Below, piece by piece: positions 53,690 through 64,000 of a stretch of 64,000 nt of DNA. The position numbers and the translations under genes are program-made. The stretch covers positions 37,510,001 to 37,574,000 of the forward strand of contig OZ024755.1 of NCBI GenBank assembly GCA_964016885.1, written 5' to 3'. This stretch comes from Eledone cirrhosa. Taxonomy: Eukaryota. Each line of letters starts with the position of its first letter. Within the stretch, counting starts at the first letter, position 1. Below the pieces are notes generated by a model. It was not told the DNA's origin. It saw nothing but the letters and a program-made list of their open reading frames with translations, and searched no databases.

Positions 53690-54480
53690 TCTTGTGTTGA
53701 AGCTTTTGGCTTGGAACGATCTTCTGATATCTTAGCTGTTTGTAAAACAAACTTAAATTCTTCAATTTCTAGCAGTGACTTCTCTTTGCCGGGATATATC
53801 CTTCTTTGCAGAAAAGATTCTGTGATTTATATGAATAGTCTTAGTGTTTTCAGTCTGGAAAATCATTCAGTGGGTAGGGGACTGTCTCTTGAGACTCCTG
53901 GTGATTCATTCATGAGCTTCCGATTTTTCTGATACTCTGTTAGTTATCTCTTTTTTCTTTATCGTCCTCCCACCATCCTTCATCTCAAGACTCTAGTATA
54001 TTTGATACAATCTCAGACAGTATCGATATGGCTCTTTCTCTACATCCTTCTACAAATAGTTTTATATTAGGTAACTTCAATGTTCCTCATGTTAACTAGT
54101 TTATTCCTTCTAACACTACTAATGTTCCTGGCAAACCTTCAATATTTCACTCGCTCAATCTCTCGGGCAAATTATCAATTTCCCTACTAGTTTTCCCGAT
54201 AATTCCGACCAACATGTTCCACTTCTTTATTTCTTTCTTACCTCTTCACCTGGCTCTTGGAAAGTGTCACGACTCAGTCCTCATGTTGAGGTATCTGTTG
54301 GTAGTTCCTTTAACTCTTCCATTAGTCATGAGCTTCCAAGTCCCGACATTCTTTTTGTTACCATAGATCTGACTGATATTCATTTCCTGATAGTTTTTCC
54401 CACTAAAAATTCTGCCATTGAAGTCTCCTCTGGGGTGGAAGCTGGCAAAGAGGTGTCCGTGCCATCTTGCAAATACCAGG
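53690..54480 (+). pseudogene. Decayed APE-type endonuclease of a CR1/Jockey-group LINE
   Basis: SDILAVCKTNLNSSISSSDFSLPGYILLCRKDS, FFLYRPP, DTISDSIDMALSLHPSTNSFILGNFNVPH; frameshifts and stops. Confidence 0.75.
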
Positions 54481-54496
54481 TAATATTTATCTCGAT

Positions 54497-54786
54497 CAGG
54501 CATGAGTAACCTTTTTCGAGAAGCGGGCCGCATGAGATATGGCTCGGCGATAGCGGGCCGCAAGCGCTAATTTGCATTCGTGCCCACATTTAAAAAAATG
54601 GCGGTAATTCAGGTTGTTTTGATTTGTTTCTTCAGGATTCGTACACGTTGTTTTCCTCGATCGTAAAAATGATAGAAAAATAAATTACAACTGAAAAGTT
54701 GGGGTAAAAAACTCGGAAAGATTTCACTTAGGTGACTTAGGCGAGTTATTCAGAAAGCTTCGCGGGCCGCAGGTTGCCCATGACTG
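54497..54786. mobile_element. hAT (Charlie-type) MITE, second copy
   Basis: CAGGCATGAGTAACC...GGTTGCCCATGACTG; right flank GTCTAGAC; interior matches 36764-37072. Confidence 0.82.
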
Positions 54787-54944
54787 GTCTAGACACTAGG
54801 TTATGATAACTCTTCTTAAGAACCTGAAAGTTCTACCTCGCATCCCCGAGGATCAAATACGAAGTGCTACTCCACCTCTACAGATTAGCAACCTATATCT
54901 ATTCCACGAGAATTACAGACTGTATTGTTCGACCATTATTGTAT

Positions 54945-55078
54945 TTGGCAGTATCGGTAGAGGGTCGGACATGCTTTCCAGCATTGACTTTGCCTTTCAT
55001 CCTTACGGGGTCGATAAAATAAAGTACCAGTAATGTACTGGGTAATTGCTGGCCTTGTGCCTAAAATAGAAACAATTA
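54945..55078 (+). mobile_element. SINE family A with internal deletion
   Basis: TTGGCAGTATCGGTAGAGGGTCGGAC head joined to core and 3' end. Confidence 0.82.
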
Positions 55079-55560
55079 TCGTATGTGACCATCATCACAA
55101 CTAATATATTTTGATAGCAAGTTATGACTGACGTTTGGTTTATAACATTCCTTATAGATAAGACGTTTGGCTTTATTCGTTTGACACTGCTGTTCACTTA
55201 GTCATTACTTACAATGCTGTGACATTTGCAACACTTCAGGTGACAGAAAGAACTTTTGCTACTTATCTGCATTTGACGAGAAACTATATATAGTTTGGAA
55301 AGGAATCTACGGCTTAAAAATGTAAAGAATATGTAAAGAAATGGACATCCATATAAATATTTAATCCCAGTTGTTAAATCCTCTACAAAGAACTATCCAT
55401 AACAACAGTAAACAGTATTATTTAAGCATTAAATGAAAGAAACAAGCTAATAATTGATATTCAAATATATTCGTAGGCTTATATAAACAACAATGCATAC
55501 AGAAAACGTATTTATCAAAATAATTACAACTAATATAACACCCATTATTAGCAAATAAAT

Positions 55561-55688
55561 ACGGCCCTTGCCATTCTGAGTTCAAATCCCGCCGAGGTTA
55601 ACTTTTCCTTTCATCCTTACGGGGTCGATAAAATAAAGTACCAGTAATGCACTGGATAATTGCTGGCCTTGTGCCTAACGTAGAAACA
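55561..55688 (+). mobile_element. SINE family A, 5'-truncated, 17-bp TSD
   Basis: ATTATTAGCAAATAAAT at 55544-55560 and 55689-55705. Confidence 0.9.
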
Positions 55689-56303
55689 ATTATTAGCAAA
55701 TAAATTGCTTACAAAATAAAGTACGTGAACTAAATCTATAAAACTAGAATTGGTGTAGATTATAAATCAACACCAACATATTCAAAATGTGATTAAATTG
55801 AACGAGCTATTCATTAGTTTTAAAACCATAAACTTTAGTGTTTGAAAAGAAACTCAAAATGATAAATGTCGGCCCCTTACTTTTGTTACTGAGTTGATCA
55901 GAGAATTACGGCAACTCCTGTAATTGTTTTTGAAGCCTCTTTCGTGGTGTAAGGAAAGAATAAAGTTAATCTCAGACCGGAGACCTGGCCTGGATGCTTG
56001 CAGTAAATGGGATTACATTAAATACATTCAAGGATCAGATGTATACAACAACTCTGGTTCAGCAATGATCCCTCTAACAGGGTGACACATTTTTCTATCT
56101 ATTAAATTTCACTTTCAATACTTTGGTTAACTGAAACAATTGTAGAAGGTACTTAACCAAATTGCCGTGTATTGGGAGCGAACCCCAAACCACATAGTTG
56201 CAAATTCAATTGTAAAATATACATAAGTTGTCAATTTCATGTATCTAATTATGTATGTATGTATGTATGTATGTATGTATGTATGTATGTATGTATGTAT
56301 GTT

Positions 56304-57655
56304 GGTGCTACTGGTAACATGTATCCCAGTACAACCTGTCTCATGGTCGGGTCGTTGGCGACTAAACTGGCAACCCCACCAAGGTTTCTTGGTGAGGAGG
56401 GTGACTTTGGACATCCTGCAGGACTAAAAACAAAACCTGTCAAAGGGCAAAGGAGCTCTTAAGAGTCAATGGCCATCCAAAATCACCGGGAAAGATGACC
56501 CCTTAGCCTTTGTCAAAGCAGAATTCTAGGAGAAGGAAGACTCTGATATAACACCTGCAACTCTGATGGTATCCAATGATGTTGACTTGTTCTTCTTTTT
56601 GGTAAATATCATCTTGGTTAAGAGAGTGGGACTGGCTTTGTGCAGTGCCTTTGCTCACTATAAAAGCTTCACGGCACAGGCATTGCTTTATATCTGGAGA
56701 TCTCTCTGCACTTGTCGTCACATGGTACCATGGGCCCAGCACTGTGTCAATAATTGTCACAAGTGTAGTGTTTGTACCAGAGTTTTCAAGTCGCTGGCTG
56801 GACTAAAAAGTCACACTCGTTCAGCGCATTGGTAGGGGTTCTCCTACATGGATATAAAGTAGTGGCCGTACTCGAAAACGAGTTGGCAGCCACCATGTAT
56901 ATATATACTTATGTATGTATGTATATATATACTTATGTATGTATGTATGTATGTACATATATATATACTTATGTACGAATGTATATATGTGTGTATGCAC
57001 GCACGCATGTATGTATATATCTATGTATGCATGCGTGCGTGTATGTGGGTATGTATGTATGGTGCTACTGGTAACATGTATCCCAGTACAACCTGTCTCA
57101 TGGTCGGGTCGTTGGCAACTAAACTGGCAACCCCACCAAGGTTTCTTGGTGAGAAGGGTGACTTTGGACATCCTGCAGGACTAAAAACAAAATCTGTAAA
57201 AGAGCAAAGGAGCTCTTAAGAGTCAATGGCCATCCAAAATCACCCGGAGAGATGACCCCTTAGCCTTTGTCAAGGCAGAATTCTAGGAGAAGGAAAACTC
57301 TGATATAACACCTGCAACCCTGATGGTATCCAATGATGTTGACTTGTTCTTCTTTTTGGTAAATATCATCTTGGTTAAGAGAGTGGGACTGGCTTTGTGC
57401 AGTGCCTTTGCTCACTATAAAAGCTTCACGGCACAGGCATTGCTTTATATCTGGAGATCTCTCTGCACTTGTCGTCACATGGTACCATGGGCCCAGTACT
57501 ATGTGTTAATAATTGTCACAAGTGTAGTGTTTGTACCAGAGTTTTCAAGTCGCTGGCTGGACTAAAACGTCACACTCGTTCAGCGATTCGGTAGGGGTTC
57601 TCTTACATGGATATAAAGTAGTGGCCGTACTCGAAAACGAGTTGGCAGCCACCAT
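56304..57655 (+). mobile_element. Tandem pair (56304-56895, 57061-57655) of ~593-bp non-autonomous RTE-derived elements separated and flanked by (TATG)n
   Basis: Two highly similar units; RTE-like 5'UTR motif CTAGGAGAAGGAAAACTCTGAT; 3' part encodes CSVCTRVFKSLAGLKSHTRSAH (terminal C2H2 of RTE-type ORFs). Confidence 0.75.
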
Positions 57656-57748
57656 GTATGTATGTATGTATGTATGTATGTATGTGTGTGTGTATGTATG
57701 TATGTATGTATGTATGTATGTATGTATGTATGTATGTATGTATGTATG

Positions 57749-58186
57749 TTTTCTCTTTCTCTTAATTTCGAGTATATTTTTTTGACCGGCCACCTTCCTG
57801 GTGGCAAGGTTGTAAAAGAAAAGAAATTGTCATCCCTTGAATCGCAAGAATGTTTTGCAAATTTTGAAGGTGCCAGCTATCGCAGCCATTTGTAGACTAT
57901 GAATTAGGGAGCCGCGCTTTTTGTCCGCAAATCCAAGTTCAGTCATACTTTGGTCCAAGCAGGTTGGTATATAACCCGTAGCACCAATAATGATGGGTAT
58001 GAAGCTAAAGGTGTATCTTCGATACTGGATTTGTAAACTCCTCATCAATGGTCCGTAGATGTCCTCCTTCTCCTGTATTTTTCTGACAACGTTTACATCA
58101 AGTGGGCAGCTGATCTCCACAACAGAACACGTTTTCAATGTGTGGTCCCAAACTACAATATCAGGCCGGTTGTGCTTTAATTGGGC
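57749..58186 (-). pseudogene. R4/Dong-like non-LTR retrotransposon 3' fragment (restriction-like endonuclease)
   Basis: KHNRPDIVVWD...CSVVEISCPLDVNV...EKEDIY..L...IPIIIGATGYIP (PD..D/E RLE signature), stop at 57830, short 3' UTR. Confidence 0.82.
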
Positions 58187-58208
58187 ATGTATGTATGTAT
58201 GTATGTGA

Positions 58209-58439
58209 GGGCGTGTGGCTGAGTGGTTAGAGAACTGGATTCGCAATCGTGAGGTTGTGAGTTCGATTCCTGGACCAGGCGATGCGTTATGTCCTTGAGC
58301 AAGACACTTTATTTCACGTTGCTCCTTCTACCTGGAGTTGCGACCGATAGATAGTATTAGCAATAGGAAAGACCAATGGAATCATTGTTTCCTCGGTCCG
58401 ATTTGACGAAAGTCGATCGACTAAAAAAAAAAAAAAAAA
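58209..58439 (+). mobile_element. SINE family B, full length (tRNA head, V-domain-like core, poly-A tail)
   Basis: A box TGGCTGAGTGG, B box GTTCGATTC, GTCCTTGAGCAAGACACT, terminal poly-A run. Confidence 0.88.
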
Positions 58440-58447
58440 TGTATATA

Positions 58448-58560
<113 letters not shown>

Positions 58561-59219
58561 ATATATATATGAACGATTCCAACCGTGACTAACCCCACTG
58601 AAAAGTTTCGTGAAATAGTCTTTTTAAGACTAAATAGAGCATTTGTAGATTTTTCCAAATTGAACGATAAGTATTTACTCTTAATTTTATTCTGAGTTAA
58701 GACTCTATTGGTTTTTTCTCTGGATTACACAAAATCTGTGGATAAAATTTCTGTCTTGACTTTTTGGGAATTGAGATTGAAATATTTTCTCATATCTTAC
58801 GTTAAATATTTTCCATCTTGACGTAATAGTCACTTATATGTATAAATTACTGTTGGCTTCTTGCTCACATTAATTTCTCTATTTTCATTTATATATATAT
58901 ATATACTAGCAGTTTAGCCCGGCGTTGCTCGGGTTTGTTCATTTGCTATGAAAAGTTACATACAGGTAAATGTGGTTTGAATGCGAATAAGCTTATCAAT
59001 TAAGTGCATAAAGCAGTTGAACCGGTTATTAAAATTTACGAACCAATTAACATTTTGGTCAATCAATGATGGGTTAATAATCCTCCAATAGCGAATTTAG
59101 TAGACCAAAGTTGCAAGATGGTGGCCCTGATGCCGCTGGGTGTCAGATCTGTCCGTCATGGGATGCCCTACCAGGAAATAGTGTTCCAGACGGCATAGCT
59201 CCAACACCTGCACCAACAT

Positions 59220-60482
59220 CTATAGCACCTCTTTGTAGACGATATTGCGTGTCATCCCTTGAGGAGAGTAAGCAAAAAGTCCATTCCTGCTCCCTGCGCG
59301 GGAACAGGCAACATAAAGTTGGCCATGGGAGAAGCATGGCTCGTCCAAATGGATGCCCGCCACCGACAATGTTTGCCCTTGTGACTTGTTAATGGACATG
59401 GCAAAACATGGTCTCACCGGGAATTGGGATCGTCGGAAATCGAACGGGATATCTGACGCCGAGGGGAAAAGGTTCATCCTTGGAATGAAAACATTCTCCC
59501 CTCTTCCGCACACCGTTACAATGGTGGCCTCAATCAAGTGGGTGTCAGTGACTTGACGACCATGCGAGTACCGTTGCACTGCTTTGGTGGACGCAAGTTC
59601 CTTATTAGCATAATGGGACAGCCAACCCTAAGCTTAATAATGTGAGGTGGGAGCCCTGGGGGCTCAAGGAGATTTAATAACTCAACCGGATAATTAACGA
59701 TATCGTCGGGGTCTGATTTGAAGATGTGCTCTTTACCGGGAATCTTCTCAATCAGCTGCTCGTTAATAAAATTAACCATGGTATTTTTCGGAGCAAGGAT
59801 GGCTCTTTCGCTGAGCCAATCGAGGTTTTTAAAATTAGATGAGACATTAGGAAAAACTGCTTCCCAAAGGTCAGAAGGGCTGCTCACAATGTTGCACAGG
59901 GTGTCGATTGCTATGCCGCCCTTGTCATCCGCAGGGATCTTGCCCTCACCAAGTGCTAACATGTTCTGTGCTGCAGACATGTTGTCACCATGCAAATGAG
60001 CACGCATATTTGTGCTCAGGTACAAACTATTCACCTGGAGCCACAACATGGACGACTTAAGACAGGCACGCACTTCATCAGCTCTTGTTCATTTGGGGAT
60101 GACAGACAGCGTTTTCCGAAAATTCCCTGATAGCAGAAGGGTTACGCCACCCATAGGAGCCGTAAAATCCCTAATGTCTTTCCGGGCCCTGCCCAATGCC
60201 TCAAGGGCACCCTTGTGTGCCATTGTGCACTCATCTCAAACAATGAGACAACGTCTTTTGAGAACCAGAGCTTTGTGTGAACTCTTGCTGATATTGCATG
60301 TTGGTGTCTCAGTTTTTACTAAATCCAAAGGGAGTTTAAAGGTTGAATGTGCTGTCCTGCCTCCCGGCAGCAAAGTAGCAGCGATCCCGGACGATGCAAC
60401 GGACAACGCAACTTTTTTCTCCAGACGAATCTTAGCGAGAATCAAATTCGTTACAAAAGTTTTTCCGGTACCCCCAGGAGCG
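59220..60482 (-). pseudogene. Helitron Pif1-family (SF1B) helicase domain, frameshifted
   Basis: APGGTGKTF, VASSGIAATLLPGGRTAHSTFKLP, LIV*DECTM, LSTNMR, ERAILAPKN, LRVGCPIMLIRNL...CNGTR, QFPVRPCFAMSINKSQGQTL...FSHGQLYVACSR. Confidence 0.92.
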
Positions 60483-60529
60483 TTTTTTATTGGGGGGATC
60501 CGGGGTTTTTTTTTTTTTACCTTGAGGTA

Positions 60530-61237
60530 TAACCAGTCAGTAGTTCCTTCAAAGGCTCTGGCGGTTCCGGAATAGGGGGCAAGGTGACGTTACCGTTTAA
60601 GCAGCACATTGCAGGTGGTTCCCCAGCCCACTTTGTAGCATTGCAGAATTGGCAATTGAAGCGCATCTCGCCTATATTTATGTCAGAGCGCATCGAGTAA
60701 TTAACGTTTTGCTCATACTTGAAAGCCCGTAGGTGCCAGTAAGGGCTGTTGGGGCTCGTCCCACCGCGTGCAGCTTCTCGCCGTTGACTGTTACGCTTGA
60801 ACGTAGAACATTGGTCGTGTGGTTGGTGGGAAGGTCTGGCAGCAATAGCAGAAGCAACATTTGCAATGCTAATGGACGGCCTTTTCAGAAGCCATGGAAG
60901 TAGTCATAGCCGCAGCGTCCGTAGGAAGGCGAATCGTCCGTTGTTTTAAACGTTCCAAAGACCTGGAAGCAGCATTAGTCGCAGCGTTTCTAGCCAGGCG
61001 CTTCGACCTTTGTTCACGGCTCTCTGAAGCCCTGGAAGAAACCTGGTATGAAGCCATTTTGGTTAGGCGTGCGGTGCGCTGTTGGAAACTTTCAGCGGCT
61101 CGACATTCTGCTGAACGTAAGGCTGTCTGTGAAAGTCTTGAAGCATTTTCCTCAGAGGACTCGTTTGCTATAGTAGCCTTTTGCGCCACTGCTGACGCGG
61201 TATGTCGACTGAGGCGACTTCTCTTTTTAGGTGGCAT
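60530..61237 (-). pseudogene. Helitron RepHel N-terminus with ES.E....RL repeats and CxxC..CC zinc finger
   Basis: MPPKKRSRLSR...ESSEENASRL/ESFQQRTARL/ESREQRSKRL; FNCQFCNATKWAGEPPAMCCLNGNVTLPPIPEPPEPLKEL at 60660-60540. Confidence 0.8.
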
Positions 61238-61409
61238 TTTATGTCCAAAAGAAACGGTGAAAGTTACTTCTACAGAAAAATTGACTTTGAAAGTCTACTG
61301 TCTGTTTATGAATATTGTTATTGTTGTTGTGATACAAATGTTAGTAAGTAAATGGGTATCGAAAAATAAAGGGTGAAAGTTACTTCAACATAAAAATTGA
61401 CTTTGAAAG

Positions 61410-61527
61410 TATATATATATGTATATATATATATGTATATATATATGTATATATATATATGTATATATATATATGTATATATATATGTATATATATATGT
61501 ATATATATATATATGTATATATATATG

Positions 61528-61562
<35 letters not shown>

Positions 61563-61665
61563 GTATATATATATGTATGTATATATATATGTATATATAT
61601 ATATATGTATATATATATATGTATATATATATATGTATATATATATATATGTATATATATATATG

Positions 61666-61712
<47 letters not shown>
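61410..61712. repeat. (TA)n/(TATG) microsatellite
   Basis: Direct inspection. Confidence 0.95.
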
Positions 61713-61715
<3 letters not shown>

Positions 61716-61949
61716 ACTGGACCGAGACTTTTGGCGGTACTCAGTAATAGAGAAGACCCACCTTACCTAAATACAAAGTAAAACCTACTACATCAGTAGG
61801 CATCTCTAACAAAATACACCCCCGTCCCACCACCCCCACCCCATCCACACCGCCCCTTTCAATGTAAAGTTATGTTGGTACAACAACATCCAGGCCGAAA
61901 CAAATGAGATCGTGTAGGTGTCACGACAAAAAAACACACAGTCCACGCT

Positions 61950-62640
<691 letters not shown>

Positions 62641-62795
62641 TTTGCAAGGTTTTTTTATATGAAATCGTGTGTTGAAATAAATATTGTTATATTTGGGGAG
62701 GGTCATATTGTTATAATATTGCCAGAAATAATAAAAAAATACACTCACTGTTTGGTCTGGATTGGTTTTCGCTTCGGTATATTTTATATATCGAT

Positions 62796-62830
<35 letters not shown>

Positions 62831-62868
62831 TATATATAATGTATGTATAGTATATTTGGCAATATACT

Positions 62869-63253
62869 GTATGCTTAATTAAAAACATCTAAAAGACCAT
62901 TCGCTATGAGTTTTTAAGTAGTGACAAGGTCACTTACTTATTCTCGGCTAAAACAAAGGAGTGTGATGGACAGTCTGTTTCTTGTAGGCGTTTATTAAGA
63001 CCACGCACTCCCTTGCTTCTGCCGAGATGTATAGAAGCTGGTTAATCAGCTTTTAAATACTACTGGAATTCTAAAAGAACTCACCTTCTATAAATCTTGG
63101 CAGCAGCAAGGGATTGTATGGTTTTGATAAATGTTAACAAGCGAGAAACAGACTGTCCACCACTCTCCTTTGTTTTAGTCGAGAATAAGTGACATAGTCT
63201 CTACTTTAAAACTCATAGCGAATGGCCTTCAAAATATTTTAAATTAAACATAC
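62869..63253. repeat. ~385-bp imperfect foldback (arms ~170 bp), with a third partial arm copy at 63346-63483
   Basis: CCATTCGCTATGAGTTTT/AAAACTCATAGCGAATGG, GGACAGTCTGTTTCT/AGAAACAGACTGTCC, CCCTTGCTTCTGCCGAGAT/ATCTTGGCAGCAGCAAGGG. Confidence 0.85.
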
Positions 63254-63849
63254 ATTCATGTATACATCGCTATTTCAGAGCATCAATCCTAATACCTAAT
63301 TTTTGCTGGACCTGTAATCACTCTGTTTAATCAACTCCTGATTATTACTGGAATTCTATAAGAATCCAACCTCTATAATTCTCGGCAAAGGCATCTGAGT
63401 GTGTAGTCTTGATAAATGCTCTCTGTTGTTTTTGCCAAGAATAAGTGACATAGTCACGACTTTAAAACCAATAGCGAATGGTCAACCTACTAAATAGAAA
63501 ATCAGGAATTTTCTCCACGTGTCCACGTTACCACAGATATTCTTTCTACTATTTCAAACCAAATAGCTAATATATAACAATGTCGGATATACTACCTTTA
63601 AGTTTATTTCATTTGCTTTTTGTAATTATATAACTACACCTTAACTTTAACACACCACACCACCTTATATCCTATCTGATATCCTTTTCTCTTATTTAAT
63701 TATCATATTATCACCATAACATATATATTAATAAACTCCTTCCTGGATCTCTTATCTAATACAAATCAAATCTTTCTTAATAACCAAATAAACAAACAAT
63801 TTAGACACCCTAATATGCTCTCCATCTTTACTACTAAAATAATATATAA

Positions 63850-63958
63850 CTGTTTCTACTTTTGGCACAAGGCCAGCAATTATCCCAGTACATTACTGGT
63901 ACTTTATTTTATCGACTCCGTAAGGATGAAAGGCAAAGTTAACCTTGGCGGGATTTGA
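63850..63958 (-). mobile_element. SINE family A, 5'-truncated
   Basis: Reverse-complement 3' end and core, stopping at the B-box. Confidence 0.85.
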
Positions 63959-64000
63959 TATGAAATCATATATAACACTAATTAAATACCTGACAACAGT

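Larger units (their letters stand above)
58906..61410 (-). mobile_element. Internally deleted Helitron (N-terminus + Zn finger + Pif1 helicase)
   Basis: Minus-strand 3' end CCCGAGCAACGCCGGG hairpin then CTAG|T at 58906; flanked by (TA)n on both sides; 5' boundary approximate. Confidence 0.88.

Noticed and set aside
56566-56835. Host C2H2 zinc-finger gene
   Set aside because: Single finger at the 3' end of a repeated retroelement unit, frameshifted in the second copy; no TGEKP-linked array
58209-58280. tRNA gene
   Set aside because: A/B boxes continue into a SINE body and poly-A tail; acceptor stem not well formed
59220-60482. Host PIF1 helicase gene
   Set aside because: Intronless, frameshifted, with Helitron N-terminal Zn finger and 3' hairpin-CTAG end

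Overview
Repeat-saturated animal (non-prokaryotic) genomic DNA with no intact host protein-coding gene that I can support. The SINE families and long CA/TA microsatellites resemble octopus/coleoid cephalopod repeats (an inference from memory, not a database result). About 37% of the window is one ~23.6 kb satellite of a 49-bp monomer with nested higher-order duplications, apparently amplified from inside a SINE. The rest is micro/minisatellites, ~14 copies of a tRNA-head SINE (several with clear TSDs) and decayed transposons: a Penelope-like GIY-YIG fragment, several hammerhead-ribozyme-like motifs, a Gypsy integrase plus 3' LTR carrying a CCAAT/TGACG/CGGAA tandem array, RTE and CR1/Jockey-type LINE pieces, a tandem bipartite RTE-derived element, an R4/Dong-like RLE fragment embedded in (TATG)n, hAT MITEs, an internally deleted Helitron, and several long hairpins. 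Nearly all long ORFs in the track are repeat artefacts.
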